A stretch of 64,000 bases of DNA, from assembly GCA_900547235.1 (NCBI GenBank), contig URFP01000001.1:53359-117358 (forward strand). Reading direction: 5' to 3'. The position numbers and the translations under genes were made by a program. Positions 1-12,278 of the stretch are shown here, piece by piece. Source of the stretch: an uncultured Collinsella sp. (GTDB lineage: Bacteria > Actinomycetota > Coriobacteriia > Coriobacteriales > Coriobacteriaceae). Position 1 is the stretch's first letter. Each line of letters opens with the position of its first letter. Below the pieces are notes generated by a model. That model was given only the letters and a program-made list of their open reading frames with translations, was not told the origin of the DNA and searched no databases.

Positions 1-27
1 CAAAAAGACAAAACCCGCACATGATAA

Positions 28-55
28 CCGCCCGTCTCACGAATGAGACGGGCGG
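28..55 (-). terminator. Hairpin downstream of ppdK (probable terminator)
   Basis: Perfect 12-bp stem CCGCCCGTCTCA/TGAGACGGGCGG with a UUCG loop on the minus strand; weak U-tract. Confidence 0.7.
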
Positions 56-93
56 CATGAAGGGGGCTACGCTAGGCGTCTAAACCCAAAACG

Positions 94-2844
<2,751 letters not shown>

Positions 2845-3110
2845 GATACTTCCCCTTCCATGCGCTCTCGCGCACGACCGTGGTAACGAATCGACCCGCC
2901 GGATGCGGGCCGTGAGGGAACTATACGGCGGGATTTGAACGGGCTTGAGCAGAGGATACGCGGTTTGGTAAACGTGCTAAAACTTGCGGTAAACGGTAGG
3001 TAAAGGTGGTTACCTTATGAAGATACCACTACAATAAATTAGCAGGTCAAATGTAGGTTTCTTGCTAAATCGCTTTACCAAAACCAGTCAATTGAGACGG
3101 GGCATTTTAA

Positions 3111-3134
3111 TCCCCGTCCCAGAAAAATCATCCC
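3111..3134. repeat. 24-bp dispersed intergenic repeat, copy 1 (REP-like)
   Basis: TCCCCGTCCCAGAAAAATCATCCC; exact reverse complement at 28172-28195. Confidence 0.75.
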
Positions 3135-3142
3135 AGAAAGGA

Positions 3143-4018
3143 CTACTGCTGTTGAGCACGGCGGACGGCACGGTGGGCTCTTGCCTCTTGAATCTCTTCG
3201 AGGTGAGCGATGATCTCGGAGGCGCTTTCCTCGATCGCCTTGCCGTCGGTGCGAACCACAAAGCAACCCAGACGTTTCATGAGGGCGCGAGCCTCCTCGA
3301 GCTCACTGCGTACACTCTCAGGCTCGGCATAGGAGCCCGCAACGGCACGGGCATAGTCGTCGCCCAGGCGGCTATCGCGAATCTCGGAAATCACATCGAC
3401 GGTCGAAATCAGACCGAAAAGACGCATCGGATCGACCTCGTAAATCGACTTGGGCGGCTCCATACCGTGCGCCAGCGGAACATTGGCGACCATATAGCCC
3501 TGATAGGCCAAATACATCGACAGCGGCGTCTTGGATGTGCGTGACACGCCCAGCAGCACAATATCGGCACCCGACAGATCATCGCAGCCACGTCCGTCAT
3601 CGTGCTCGACAAAGTACTCCATGGCCTCGATACGGTGGAAATAGCGATCGTCGGTCTTGTGAATCACGCCCGCAACGCCCTTGGGCGGCATACCGATGAG
3701 GGACGACAGCACCGCGAGCGACGGCCCGATCAGGTCGACCGAGCGAATATGCAGCATGCCCAAGTAGTCGAGCACGCGAGCACGAAGCCCCGGGTCGACG
3801 ATGGTATGGAACACGGCGATATCGCGATGGTCGGCATCGACTCGCGGGCCCACAAACGACTTAACCTGCTCCACCGAGGTCACCTTAGGCAGACGTAAAA
3901 CACGAAAAGCCCCTTCATCAAATTGCCCGGACGCCGCAAGCACCACCTCACAAGCGGTATCACCGAGCGAGTCGGAGATAACGATAACGATGGGACGAGC
4001 GGTGACCGGGCAATCCAT
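3143..4018 (-). CDS. PPDK regulatory protein (kinase/pyrophosphorylase, DUF299 family)
   Basis: ISDSLGDT, RIEAMEYFVEHDDG, GVSRTSKTPLSMYLA; adjacent to ppdK. Confidence 0.93.
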   Translation of the reverse strand: MDCPVTARPIVIVISDSLGDTACEVVLAASGQFDEGAFRVLRLPKVTSVEQVKSFVGPRVDADHRDIAVFHTIVDPGLRARVLDYLGMLHIRSVDLIGPSLAVLSSLIGMPPKGVAGVIHKTDDRYFHRIEAMEYFVEHDDGRGCDDLSGADIVLLGVSRTSKTPLSMYLAYQGYMVANVPLAHGMEPPKSIYEVDPMRLFGLISTVDVISEIRDSRLGDDYARAVAGSYAEPESVRSELEEARALMKRLGCFVVRTDGKAIEESASEIIAHLEEIQEARAHRAVRRAQQQ

Positions 4019-4052
4019 GCGGGGCTCCTTTTACGCTTATGCGCAGGCTAGC

Positions 4053-6149
4053 TTACTTTTTGCGGGCAAGCTCACCAATGTTGGCGATGCCGGAGAAAAC
4101 GGCCTCGAAGCGGTTGAGCAGCTTAAGGCGATTATCGCGAAGCTGTTCGTCCTTGTCCATGACCATAACCTCGTCAAAGAAACGGTCGATGGGGGCACGC
4201 AGGGCGGCCAGAGCGGCAAACGCGGCAGGGTAATCCTCGGCAGCAAGGGCGGCATCGACAGCGGTCTGAGCGAACTCGGAGGCGTCGGCAAGTGCAAGCT
4301 CGACCTCGCCCATCAGGCTGCGGTCGTACTCCACACCCAGCTCGGGCTTGGAGATATGCGCGGCTCGGGCGTAGGCAGTCGCCAGGTTGTCGAAGGTCTC
4401 GGCGTCGTTCTTGCGGGCCTCGTCGAGGGCGGCGCAGCGGGCGAAGAAGACCGACGGGGCAATGATGTGCACCGCGGATACGGCGGCGACGGTATCGGCC
4501 GGGATCTTCTCGTCACGGGCCATGCTCACCAGACGGCCGTGGAAGAAGTCGCGAACCTGCTGGGAGACCGCGGCGGCGTCAAACTCAATGCCCTGCTCGC
4601 TGTAGAGCTCGAGTGCAAAGTCGATGAGCGACGTGGGGTCGATCGGCAGACGATCGCGCAGGATGTTGATGATGCCGATAGCGGCGCGACGCAGCGCGTA
4701 CGGGTCGGAAGAGCCGGTCGGGGGCTCGCCGATGGAAAAAATACCAGCAATGGTATCGAGTTTGTCGGCGCAGGCCACGATGCAGCCAGCGGTGCCCTCG
4801 GGCAGCTCGTCGCCGGCAAAGCGGGGACGATAGTGATCGCGAATGGCGTGGGCGACCTCGTCGTTCTCCCCCATCGTGGAGGCATAATAACCGCCCATCA
4901 CGCCCTGCTGGCTCGTGAACTCGACGACGGCGTTGGACACCAGGTCGGCCTTGCACAGATGTGCGGCGCGGCCGGCATCAGCGGCCAGATGGGCACCCAG
5001 GTGAGCCTCGCGGGCAATAGCGAGCGCGAGCTGCTCAATACGCTCGGACTTGGCAAGCACGCTGCCGAGCTTCTCCTGGAAGGCGACCTTGGCCAGGCGC
5101 TCACGGAACTCGTCGAGGGAGATCTTCAGATCCTCCTCGTAGAAGAACTTGGCGTCGTCCAGACGGGCGCGCACGACGCGCTCGTTGCCGTCAATCACGC
5201 GCTCGGCATTCTCGGGCTTGCTGTTGGAGACGACCACGAACTCACGCGTCAGCTTGCCCTCGCCGTCATAAATCGGGAAGTAGCGCTGGTTGGTGAGCAT
5301 AGACTCGCAGATGATCTCGTGCGGGACCTTGAGGAACTCCTCATCGAAGGTACCGACGAGCACCGTCGGCCACTCGCAGAGGTTGATGACCTCCTCGAAG
5401 ACCTTCTTGGGCGTATCGACGTGGCAGCCAGGACGGGCGGCCTCGACCTCGGCGATACCGGCAAGGATGGCCTCACGACGGCGCTCGGCAGAAAGCACGC
5501 CGGCGTCCTCGAGCACCTGCTCGTAAACAGCGGGGCTGGCGACCACATGGTCACCGGGGCCCAGGACGCGATGGCCGCGCGTGGTGTTGCCACTCGTCAC
5601 GTCGGCAAACGACACGGGCACGACGTCCTCGCCCAAAAGGCAGCAGATCCAGCGGACCGGACGCACGAAAGTGGCGTGCTCGTGGCCCCAGCGCTGGCTG
5701 CGGTAGTTGGGCCACTGCAGGCCGGCGATGGTCTTCTCGCACAGGGCCGTCAGAATCGGGGTGGCCGGGGCGGAAGGAATGTTCTTCTCAGCAAAGACGT
5801 ACTCGCGTCCGTCGGTGTCCTCGCGACGGACCAGGTCCTCGGCAGCCACACCGCACTTGCGGGCAAAGCCCTGGGCGGCCTTGGTGGCGTTACCGTCAGC
5901 GTCGAAGGCGATGTTGGCCGCGGGGCCACGCTTGACCTCGTGAACCTCATCGGTCGCAGTGGCGACGTCGGCAACGAGCGCAGCCAGGCGACGCGGGCTC
6001 GAGATCACGCGGACCTCGCCGTGGGCCAGACCGGCCTCGTCGAGACCCTTGGCGATCATGGTGCCAAGCTGCTTGACGGCATTGTTCAGCGGTGCAGAGG
6101 GCATTTCCTCCGTACCGATCTCAAACAGGAAATCCTTAGCGTCTGCCAT
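4053..6149 (-). CDS. glyS: Glycine-tRNA ligase beta subunit
   Basis: FLFEIGTEEMP, FVRPVRW, GNERVVRARLDDA, TGSSDPYALRR. Confidence 0.96.
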   Translation of the reverse strand: MADAKDFLFEIGTEEMPSAPLNNAVKQLGTMIAKGLDEAGLAHGEVRVISSPRRLAALVADVATATDEVHEVKRGPAANIAFDADGNATKAAQGFARKCGVAAEDLVRREDTDGREYVFAEKNIPSAPATPILTALCEKTIAGLQWPNYRSQRWGHEHATFVRPVRWICCLLGEDVVPVSFADVTSGNTTRGHRVLGPGDHVVASPAVYEQVLEDAGVLSAERRREAILAGIAEVEAARPGCHVDTPKKVFEEVINLCEWPTVLVGTFDEEFLKVPHEIICESMLTNQRYFPIYDGEGKLTREFVVVSNSKPENAERVIDGNERVVRARLDDAKFFYEEDLKISLDEFRERLAKVAFQEKLGSVLAKSERIEQLALAIAREAHLGAHLAADAGRAAHLCKADLVSNAVVEFTSQQGVMGGYYASTMGENDEVAHAIRDHYRPRFAGDELPEGTAGCIVACADKLDTIAGIFSIGEPPTGSSDPYALRRAAIGIINILRDRLPIDPTSLIDFALELYSEQGIEFDAAAVSQQVRDFFHGRLVSMARDEKIPADTVAAVSAVHIIAPSVFFARCAALDEARKNDAETFDNLATAYARAAHISKPELGVEYDRSLMGEVELALADASEFAQTAVDAALAAEDYPAAFAALAALRAPIDRFFDEVMVMDKDEQLRDNRLKLLNRFEAVFSGIANIGELARKK

Positions 6150-6152
6150 GGC

Positions 6153-7064
6153 TTACGCCACCTCGCCTTCCTGGTCGGCATTCTCGTTGATTCCGGCGAC
6201 CTCGGCCATATAGGCCTCGCAGCACGCCTTGGCGACGGCGCGGACGCGCAGGATGTAGTTGGCGCGCTCGACTGCGGACAGCGCACCGCGGGCATCGAGC
6301 AGGTTGAAGGCATGGCTGCACTTCATGACACAGTCGTATGCCGGCAGCGGCAGCTTACGCTCCAGGCAGGAGTGGCACTCGGCCTCGTAGTCGTCAAACT
6401 TCTGACGCATCATCTCGACGTTGGCGACCTCAAAGTTGTAAGCACTGAACTCGCGCTCGTTCTCCAGGAACACGTCGCCGTAGGTCATGGGCGTGCCGTC
6501 GGGCAGGTAGCTCCACACCAGATCATAGACCGAGTTGACGCCCTGGGCGTACATGGCGATACGCTCCAGGCCATAGGTGATCTCGACGGGCACGGGGTCG
6601 ACCTCGATGCCGCCTACCTGCTGGAAGTACGTAAACTGCGTGACCTCCATGCCGTTGAGCCAGACCTCCCAGCCAAGGCCCCAGGCGCCCAGCGTCGGGC
6701 TCTCCCAGTCGTCCTCGACAAAGCGGACGTCATGGTCGTTGGGGTCCAGGCCAATGGCGGCCAGCGAACCCAGGTAGAGCTCCTGGGCGTTGACCGGCGA
6801 GGGCTTGATGAGCACCTGGAACTGATAGTAGTGCTGCATGCGGTTGGGGTTCTCGCCGTAGCGGCCGTCGGCGGGACGGCGGCAGGGCTGCGCATAGCAG
6901 GTGCGCCACTCGGCGGGACCGAGCGAGCGCAGCGTGGTCGCGGTATGGAAGGTACCGGCACCGACCTCGGAGTCATAGGGCTGCATAATGACGCAGCCCT
7001 GCTCGCCCCAGTACTGTTGGAGGCGCAGGATGATGTCTTGGAAGGAAAGCGATGAAGCGTTCAT
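6153..7064 (-). CDS. glyQ: Glycine-tRNA ligase alpha subunit
   Basis: [50 protein letters not shown]. Confidence 0.97.
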   Translation of the reverse strand: MNASSLSFQDIILRLQQYWGEQGCVIMQPYDSEVGAGTFHTATTLRSLGPAEWRTCYAQPCRRPADGRYGENPNRMQHYYQFQVLIKPSPVNAQELYLGSLAAIGLDPNDHDVRFVEDDWESPTLGAWGLGWEVWLNGMEVTQFTYFQQVGGIEVDPVPVEITYGLERIAMYAQGVNSVYDLVWSYLPDGTPMTYGDVFLENEREFSAYNFEVANVEMMRQKFDDYEAECHSCLERKLPLPAYDCVMKCSHAFNLLDARGALSAVERANYILRVRAVAKACCEAYMAEVAGINENADQEGEVA

Positions 7065-7123
7065 GCCTCTAATATCCCCTCGTCGAAACGATTACACGGT
7101 TAGGTACTGTACTATAGCGGTTT

Positions 7124-7693
7124 TTAGTCGATAGCGCCGATACGGTTGAGCGGCCAGTAACGCACGAGCGCCACGGCGATCAAGTCGGAGCGGTCGACCG
7201 GGCCAAAGTAGCGGGAGTCAGCAGAGTTCTCGCGGTTGTCGCCCATCACCCACACACAGTCGTCAGGGACGGTGTAGGGATAACTCACCTGAGCAGCGGG
7301 CGCCTGGGCGGAAAGCGGCCAGCTCATGCCGGTCGTATAGTCCTCATCGAGCGCCTGGCCGTCGACGACGACTTTGCCGTCCTGCAGGTCAACCGTCTGG
7401 CCGGCCGTGGCGATGACGCGCTTTACCAGCACGTCATGCTCGGACGTGCCATCGGGGTTGTGGAACACCACGATATCACCCTGTTTGACGGGCTGCCCGA
7501 GCTCGAGCGTCACCTTTTGCGCCAGGATCTGGTCGCCGATCTCGATTGTGGACTCCATGGAACCGGTGGGCACCACAAAGGGTTCGACCACAAATGAGCG
7601 AATCAAGAAGGTGGCGACCAGCGCGATCGCGACGACCACGATCCACTCAAAGGCGCCCCTCAGGGCAGAATGCTGCGATGGAACCATTCTCAC
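7124..7693 (-). CDS. lepB: Signal peptidase I
   Basis: N-terminal TM, PTGSMES (catalytic Ser), VKRVI (Lys), GDNRENSADSRYFG. Confidence 0.93.
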   Translation of the reverse strand: MRMVPSQHSALRGAFEWIVVVAIALVATFLIRSFVVEPFVVPTGSMESTIEIGDQILAQKVTLELGQPVKQGDIVVFHNPDGTSEHDVLVKRVIATAGQTVDLQDGKVVVDGQALDEDYTTGMSWPLSAQAPAAQVSYPYTVPDDCVWVMGDNRENSADSRYFGPVDRSDLIAVALVRYWPLNRIGAID

Positions 7694-8448
7694 TCCTCGC
7701 TCTGCGAATACGAAGCGTCCAGGATCTCCTGCGCGTACGCGCGCTCCTCTACCGTAAGGCGTGCCGTCTCGATAAGATCGGGACGCCAGCGACAGGTACG
7801 CTCGATAGAGTTTTTGCGACGCCAGGCATCGACCTTGGCGTGGTCGCCGCTTACGAGCACTGGTGGCACGCCCTCGCCATTGAACTCGGCGGGGCGGGTG
7901 TACTGCGCGTACTCGAGCAGGCCACCGTCCTCGGCGGTCGAGAAAGACTCGTCCACGTTGCTCATCTCGTCGCCCAAGGCTCCGGGAATGAGCCGTACGA
8001 CGGCATCGGCCACGACCATAGCGGGCAGCTCGCCGCCTGTGAGCACGTAGTCGCCGATCGACAGACGCTCATCGGCATACGCATATGCGCGCTCGTCGAC
8101 GCCCTCGTAACGGCTGCACACAAACAGCAGGCGCTCGCTTTTGAGCAGGCGCTCGGCCACATGCTGCGTAAAGGGCTCCCCGCAGGGGGTGAAGAACACC
8201 ACGGTGGGCTTGGGACCCTCGGAGCTGATGGCCTCGATTGCCTCGGCAATGGGCTCGACCTTCATGAGCATGCCCTGCCCGCCGCCATACGGCTCGTCAT
8301 CGACGGTGCGATGGCGGTCGTGCGTCCAGTCGCGCAGGTTATACGCCTTAAAATCAAAAAGGCCGGCCTTGCGGGCGCGGCCCAAAATCGACGTGGACAT
8401 GACGGGCTCAAACATCTCGGGAAAGACCGAAAGGGTCTCAATCAGCAT
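7690..8448 (-). CDS. trmD: tRNA (guanine37-N1)-methyltransferase
   Basis: VDDEPYGGGQGM, RYEGVDER, SIGDYVLTGGE. Confidence 0.96.
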   Translation of the reverse strand: MLIETLSVFPEMFEPVMSTSILGRARKAGLFDFKAYNLRDWTHDRHRTVDDEPYGGGQGMLMKVEPIAEAIEAISSEGPKPTVVFFTPCGEPFTQHVAERLLKSERLLFVCSRYEGVDERAYAYADERLSIGDYVLTGGELPAMVVADAVVRLIPGALGDEMSNVDESFSTAEDGGLLEYAQYTRPAEFNGEGVPPVLVSGDHAKVDAWRRKNSIERTCRWRPDLIETARLTVEERAYAQEILDASYSQSEE

Positions 8449-8458
8449 GCTGTCCTCC

Positions 8459-8980
8459 CTACTTGTCCATATCGATCAAGCCATCCATAACGTGGACGGA
8501 AATTGTTCCTGTGTCGGGAAGATCGAGCACAACCTGCTCGATCACGGGAATCAGCACCTCGCCGTACCGATCGCCCTCGACAACCCAAACATCGTTGGCG
8601 GGCGTCGACATGATCTCGACAATCGTACCGAGCGAGCCAAAGCGCTCATCGACCACCTCGCGACCCATAAGGTCGGTATAGGCGGCGTCGAGCGAATCGA
8701 GCTCGAAGTCGTCACGATTGGCCAGCACATAGCATCCGGTGATGCCCTCAGCGGCCGTCAAGTCATCTATGCCCTGAAACGAGACCAGATCGCCATCGCC
8801 CGTATCGGTGACGGACACGACCGTGCAAAAACGGTCGCGCTTGAGCGCCGGCGGCGTCAAGGCGACACGCATACCCGGCTCCAATACAGAAGGAAGCCCC
8901 CGCAGCGGCTGCGCGAGGACCTCCCCCTTCCTTCCGTGCGGCTTGACCACACGGGCGATGTTTTTGTACTGGGACCTCAA
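8459..8980 (-). CDS. rimM: 16S rRNA processing protein RimM
   Basis: KPHGRKGEV N-terminus, PRC-barrel TPANDVWVV..VLIP; operon position. Confidence 0.9.
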   Translation of the reverse strand: MRSQYKNIARVVKPHGRKGEVLAQPLRGLPSVLEPGMRVALTPPALKRDRFCTVVSVTDTGDGDLVSFQGIDDLTAAEGITGCYVLANRDDFELDSLDAAYTDLMGREVVDERFGSLGTIVEIMSTPANDVWVVEGDRYGEVLIPVIEQVVLDLPDTGTISVHVMDGLIDMDK

Positions 8981-8984
8981 GGTC

Positions 8985-9269
8985 CTAGCCCAGAACCTCT
9001 ACCTCGACAGCGGTGTCGAGGCGAGCGGCCAGTGCACGGGCGAGCGTGCGAATGGCCTTGATGGTACGGCCGCGACGGCCGATGACCTTAGCGACGTCAT
9101 CCTCGGCAACCGAAACCTCAATCGTGGAGGCGTCGTCACCATCGATGACCTCGAGGCTCACGGAATCCGGGTCGTCGACGATCTGAACAACGAGATATTC
9201 GACGAGATCGGCGATGCGATCTGAGAGCATTGCCTCACCCTCGAGCTGTGCAGCGTCAACCTCAGGCAC
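8985..9269 (-). CDS. khpA: KH-domain RNA-binding protein (KhpA/YlqC family)
   Basis: VIGRRGRTIKAIR GxxG motif; between rpsP and rimM. Confidence 0.88.
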   Translation of the reverse strand: MPEVDAAQLEGEAMLSDRIADLVEYLVVQIVDDPDSVSLEVIDGDDASTIEVSVAEDDVAKVIGRRGRTIKAIRTLARALAARLDTAVEVEVLG

Positions 9270-9272
9270 GAT

Positions 9273-9614
9273 TTACTCCTCGGCGCCCTCAGCGGCCTCA
9301 GCGGCAGCCTTAGCGGCCTCGGCCTCTTTGGCGAGCTGCTTCTTGGACTTCTTGACGACGGTCTCGGTCTTCTCGCCCTCGTTGGCGGCCTTGACCAGAG
9401 CGGCGACGGCGTCGGTAAGCTGAGCGCCCTTGGACTGCCAGTCAGCAATCTTCTCGAGGTCGAGGTTGATGGTCTTGGGGGCGGTCATCGGGTTGTAGCG
9501 GCCAACCTCCTCGATGATACGACCGTCACGCGGGGCGCGGGAATCGGCGACGACGACACGGTAGTACGGACGCTTCTTAGCGCCGTGACGAGCAAGGCGA
9601 ATCTTGACTGCCAA
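9273..9614 (-). CDS. rpsP: 30S ribosomal protein S16
   Basis: [33 protein letters not shown] start at 9614 behind a GGAGGAG RBS, shorter than the ORF-track call. Confidence 0.96.
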   Translation of the reverse strand: MAVKIRLARHGAKKRPYYRVVVADSRAPRDGRIIEEVGRYNPMTAPKTINLDLEKIADWQSKGAQLTDAVAALVKAANEGEKTETVVKKSKKQLAKEAEAAKAAAEAAEGAEE

Positions 9615-9815
9615 AGGAAACTCCTCCAACCAAGCAGCTTTAGGCTGCAACTACAAACAAACAGTTGAACATAATACGCCATCGACGCGGGCAGGTGAAG
9701 TCCGTGAGACCAACTTCTTCGGTGTAGTCGAGGGCAAATCCATATCTTAGACAAGAATTCGCGATTTGCAAGCACATCCACGCACCCCACATGAGCAGCG
9801 CGGTATACTCATGAC

Positions 9816-11072
9816 ATGGAAAGACGCGAACATACATACGGTTATGAGGATACTGCAGGCGTTACGCCGCCGCCCTGGACGGGTCCGGCGGTGGGCCTGA
9901 TGGACCTCGATGCATTTTTTGCGAGCGTGGAGATGCTTGATCATCCCGAATGGCGCGGCAAGCCGCTCATCGTGGGTGGTGATGCCGATTCCCGCGGCGT
10001 TGTGTCCACGTGTTCGTACGAGGCACGTCGCTTTGGCGTGCATTCCGCCATGCCCTCGGCCGAGGCACAGCGCCTCTGCCCGCAGGCCATTTGGACGCAC
10101 GGACACTTTGATCGCTACCACGAGGTCAGCGCGCAGGTCATGGCGATTCTTGCCGATGAGACCCCGCGCGTGGAGCGCGTATCCATCGACGAGGCCTTTA
10201 TCGATATCACGCCGGGCCGCTTTGCGCCCGAAGACCCGCTGCTGGTTGCGCGGCGCATAAGCGACCGCGTGGCAGCGCTGGGAGTGACCTGCTCTATTGG
10301 CGTGGGCTGCAACAAGACGGTCGCAAAGATCGCAAGCGAGCGGGACAAGCCGTTTGGGCTGACCATCGTGCGCCCCGGAACCGAGCAGCGCTTTTTGGCC
10401 GCGCTGCCGGTATCTGCCATGAGCGGAATCGGGCGTTCAGCCGAGGAGCGACTGCGTCGCATGCGCGTCTATACGCTCGGCGAGCTTTCACGCGCGCCAG
10501 AGTCCACCCTGGCTGCAATCTTTGGCGTGAATGGCGAGCGCATGCGTCAACGTGCTTTGGGGCTCGAAGTATCCGAGGTCACCAGCCTGGAAGAGGAACG
10601 TGAAGTTAAATCAGTGAGCAATGAGCGCACCTTTGCGAAGGATTTGACTGAGCGTGGGGATATCGAGGCGGCGATCGCGCTGCTCGGCGAGTCGGTTGGG
10701 CGGCGCCTGCGCCGTCAGGGGCTGACAGGCGGAACCGTAACGCTCAAGCTCAAGTATTCGTATGGCAGCGGACGCACGGCACAGCGCCGCTTGCCCCACC
10801 CCACCGACGACGAGAATATCTTTGTGGCCGTAGCGCTCGAGCTGCTCGACAATATCTGGCAAGAAGGCGTGCACGTGCGTCTAGCGGGTATCGGCATGAG
10901 CGACTTCGACCACCAAGGCGGTATCCAAACCGACCTATTCTGCGAGATCGATGACCGCGGAGCCCAATCCAGCGACCGCCGCGACCTCTCCGTCGCCATC
11001 GACGCCGTCCGAGACAAATTCGGCGACACCGCCCTATCCTTCGGCCGCCAATCCCGCTTCTCCTCCCAATGA
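9816..11072 (+). CDS. dinB: DNA polymerase IV
   Basis: DLDAFFASVE, CSYEARRFGVHSAM, SIDEAF, AKIASERDKP. Confidence 0.94.
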   Translation: MERREHTYGYEDTAGVTPPPWTGPAVGLMDLDAFFASVEMLDHPEWRGKPLIVGGDADSRGVVSTCSYEARRFGVHSAMPSAEAQRLCPQAIWTHGHFDRYHEVSAQVMAILADETPRVERVSIDEAFIDITPGRFAPEDPLLVARRISDRVAALGVTCSIGVGCNKTVAKIASERDKPFGLTIVRPGTEQRFLAALPVSAMSGIGRSAEERLRRMRVYTLGELSRAPESTLAAIFGVNGERMRQRALGLEVSEVTSLEEEREVKSVSNERTFAKDLTERGDIEAAIALLGESVGRRLRRQGLTGGTVTLKLKYSYGSGRTAQRRLPHPTDDENIFVAVALELLDNIWQEGVHVRLAGIGMSDFDHQGGIQTDLFCEIDDRGAQSSDRRDLSVAIDAVRDKFGDTALSFGRQSRFSSQ

Positions 11073-11086
11073 TTTACGTTTTGGGC

Positions 11087-11128
11087 AAAAAGAAAGCCGG
11101 GCAGCTGCAGGTAGTGCAACTGCCCGGC
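11087..11128 (-). terminator. Intrinsic terminator of the obgE-nadD-yqeK-rsfS unit
   Basis: GCCGGGCAG/CTGCCCGGC stem followed by TTTCTTTTT on the minus strand, between convergent genes. Confidence 0.75.
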
Positions 11129-11173
11129 GAACGGTAGAGGGTGGCTCTAGAGAAGCCCCGCCCAAATAAGGTC

Positions 11174-11629
11174 CTAGAGGAGATTGAGGGGGAGCTGGGG
11201 AGCGTCGCCCCAGAGCTTCTCGAGGCGGTAGAAGTCGCGGGCCTCGGGGGTGAAGACGTGGACGACAACCGAGCCGTAATCCATGAGCATCCAGGTCTTC
11301 TGCTCGCGGCCCTCGATAGAGAACGGGTGCTCACCGCAGGCCTCGGCAACCTTCTCCTCGATCTCGTCGACGATAGAATCGACCTGACGGTTGTTGGTAC
11401 CGGTGGCGATCACAAAGTAATCGCACACGTCGGAGAGCTCGGTCAGATCGAGCACCTGCACGTCCTCGCCCTTCTTGTCGTAGGCGGCCTGCGCGGCGGC
11501 GCGGGCGACATCCTCGGCGGCGACACCGCTCGCGGACAGCGAGGCAGCGGTGCGGTCGGACGTGGCAACGAAGCTCTTGTGCTCCACACCTTCAAGAATC
11601 TGCTCGTCAGTCATGGTCTCATCGGCCAT
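11174..11629 (-). CDS. rsfS: Ribosome silencing factor
   Basis: DKKGEDV, DYFVIATG, WMLMDYGSVVVHVF, FYRLEKLW; start chosen at ATG 11629 (AGAGG RBS). Confidence 0.93.
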   Translation of the reverse strand: MADETMTDEQILEGVEHKSFVATSDRTAASLSASGVAAEDVARAAAQAAYDKKGEDVQVLDLTELSDVCDYFVIATGTNNRQVDSIVDEIEEKVAEACGEHPFSIEGREQKTWMLMDYGSVVVHVFTPEARDFYRLEKLWGDAPQLPLNLL

Positions 11630-11657
11630 GGAATACCTCTTTCTAGACACACCCGAG

Positions 11658-12266
11658 CTAGCGCAGCTGGGCGTAATGGTTGTAAATCGTAATAGCCGTG
11701 GGATAAAGATAGCGCCCGGACTGGATCACGTAGACCAGACCCTGCGCAAAACAGGAGAAGAACAACTCGTCAAGCGTCGACTCCCCCACCATCTTGCGCA
11801 GCGCGTGGGCATAATCACCATGGCGGTTAGGCTCGATGGCATCGGCCACAAAGACCACCATATCGAGCGGCGTCATGTCGCAGGCGCCCACCGTGTGACG
11901 GTCGACAGCCTGGAAAACGGCTGGCGATAGCTCGGGAAATAGCTGCGGAAGCTCATAGGCGGCAACCGGGCCATGCAGCAGCGGCGTCGCGGCCGAAGGA
12001 GAGCCGGCAACCTTAATGCCGTAGTGCAACGCGCGGGCCACGAGCTCGTCATCGGAGAGTACCTTATCCCAGTCATGAATCAGGCCAGCGGCAGCGGCAT
12101 CAAAGCGGTCAACGCGGTAGACCTCAGCCAGATGAAGCGCGGTCTCAGCAACACCCAGCGAATGCATGTAGCGCTTGCGCTTATCCTTCATACGCACATC
12201 GAGTAGCTCTTGAATGCGCTTGAGCAGCGCGCGCTCATCGCCCTCAAACTGATCCTCTACCGACAA
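11658..12266 (-). CDS. yqeK: HD-domain Ap4A hydrolase (YqeK family)
   Basis: RYMHSLGV, IHDWDK, LLHG, HTVG, VADAIEPNR; between nadD and rsfS. Confidence 0.88.
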   Translation of the reverse strand: MSVEDQFEGDERALLKRIQELLDVRMKDKRKRYMHSLGVAETALHLAEVYRVDRFDAAAAGLIHDWDKVLSDDELVARALHYGIKVAGSPSAATPLLHGPVAAYELPQLFPELSPAVFQAVDRHTVGACDMTPLDMVVFVADAIEPNRHGDYAHALRKMVGESTLDELFFSCFAQGLVYVIQSGRYLYPTAITIYNHYAQLR

Positions 12267-12278
12267 CGTAGACCCCCA

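Noticed and set aside
3801..7055. Long antisense ORFs (1084 aa here; also 229-2301, 12549-14159, 28175-30772, 31286-33298, 39745-41172, 60197-61417)
   Set aside because: They are shadows of well-supported opposite-strand genes, expected from high GC3 codon bias, and carry no recognisable motifs.
7065..7123. T-box riboswitch before glyQ or before aroF
   Set aside because: The glyQ gap is only 59 bp, and I found no T-box consensus in either leader.
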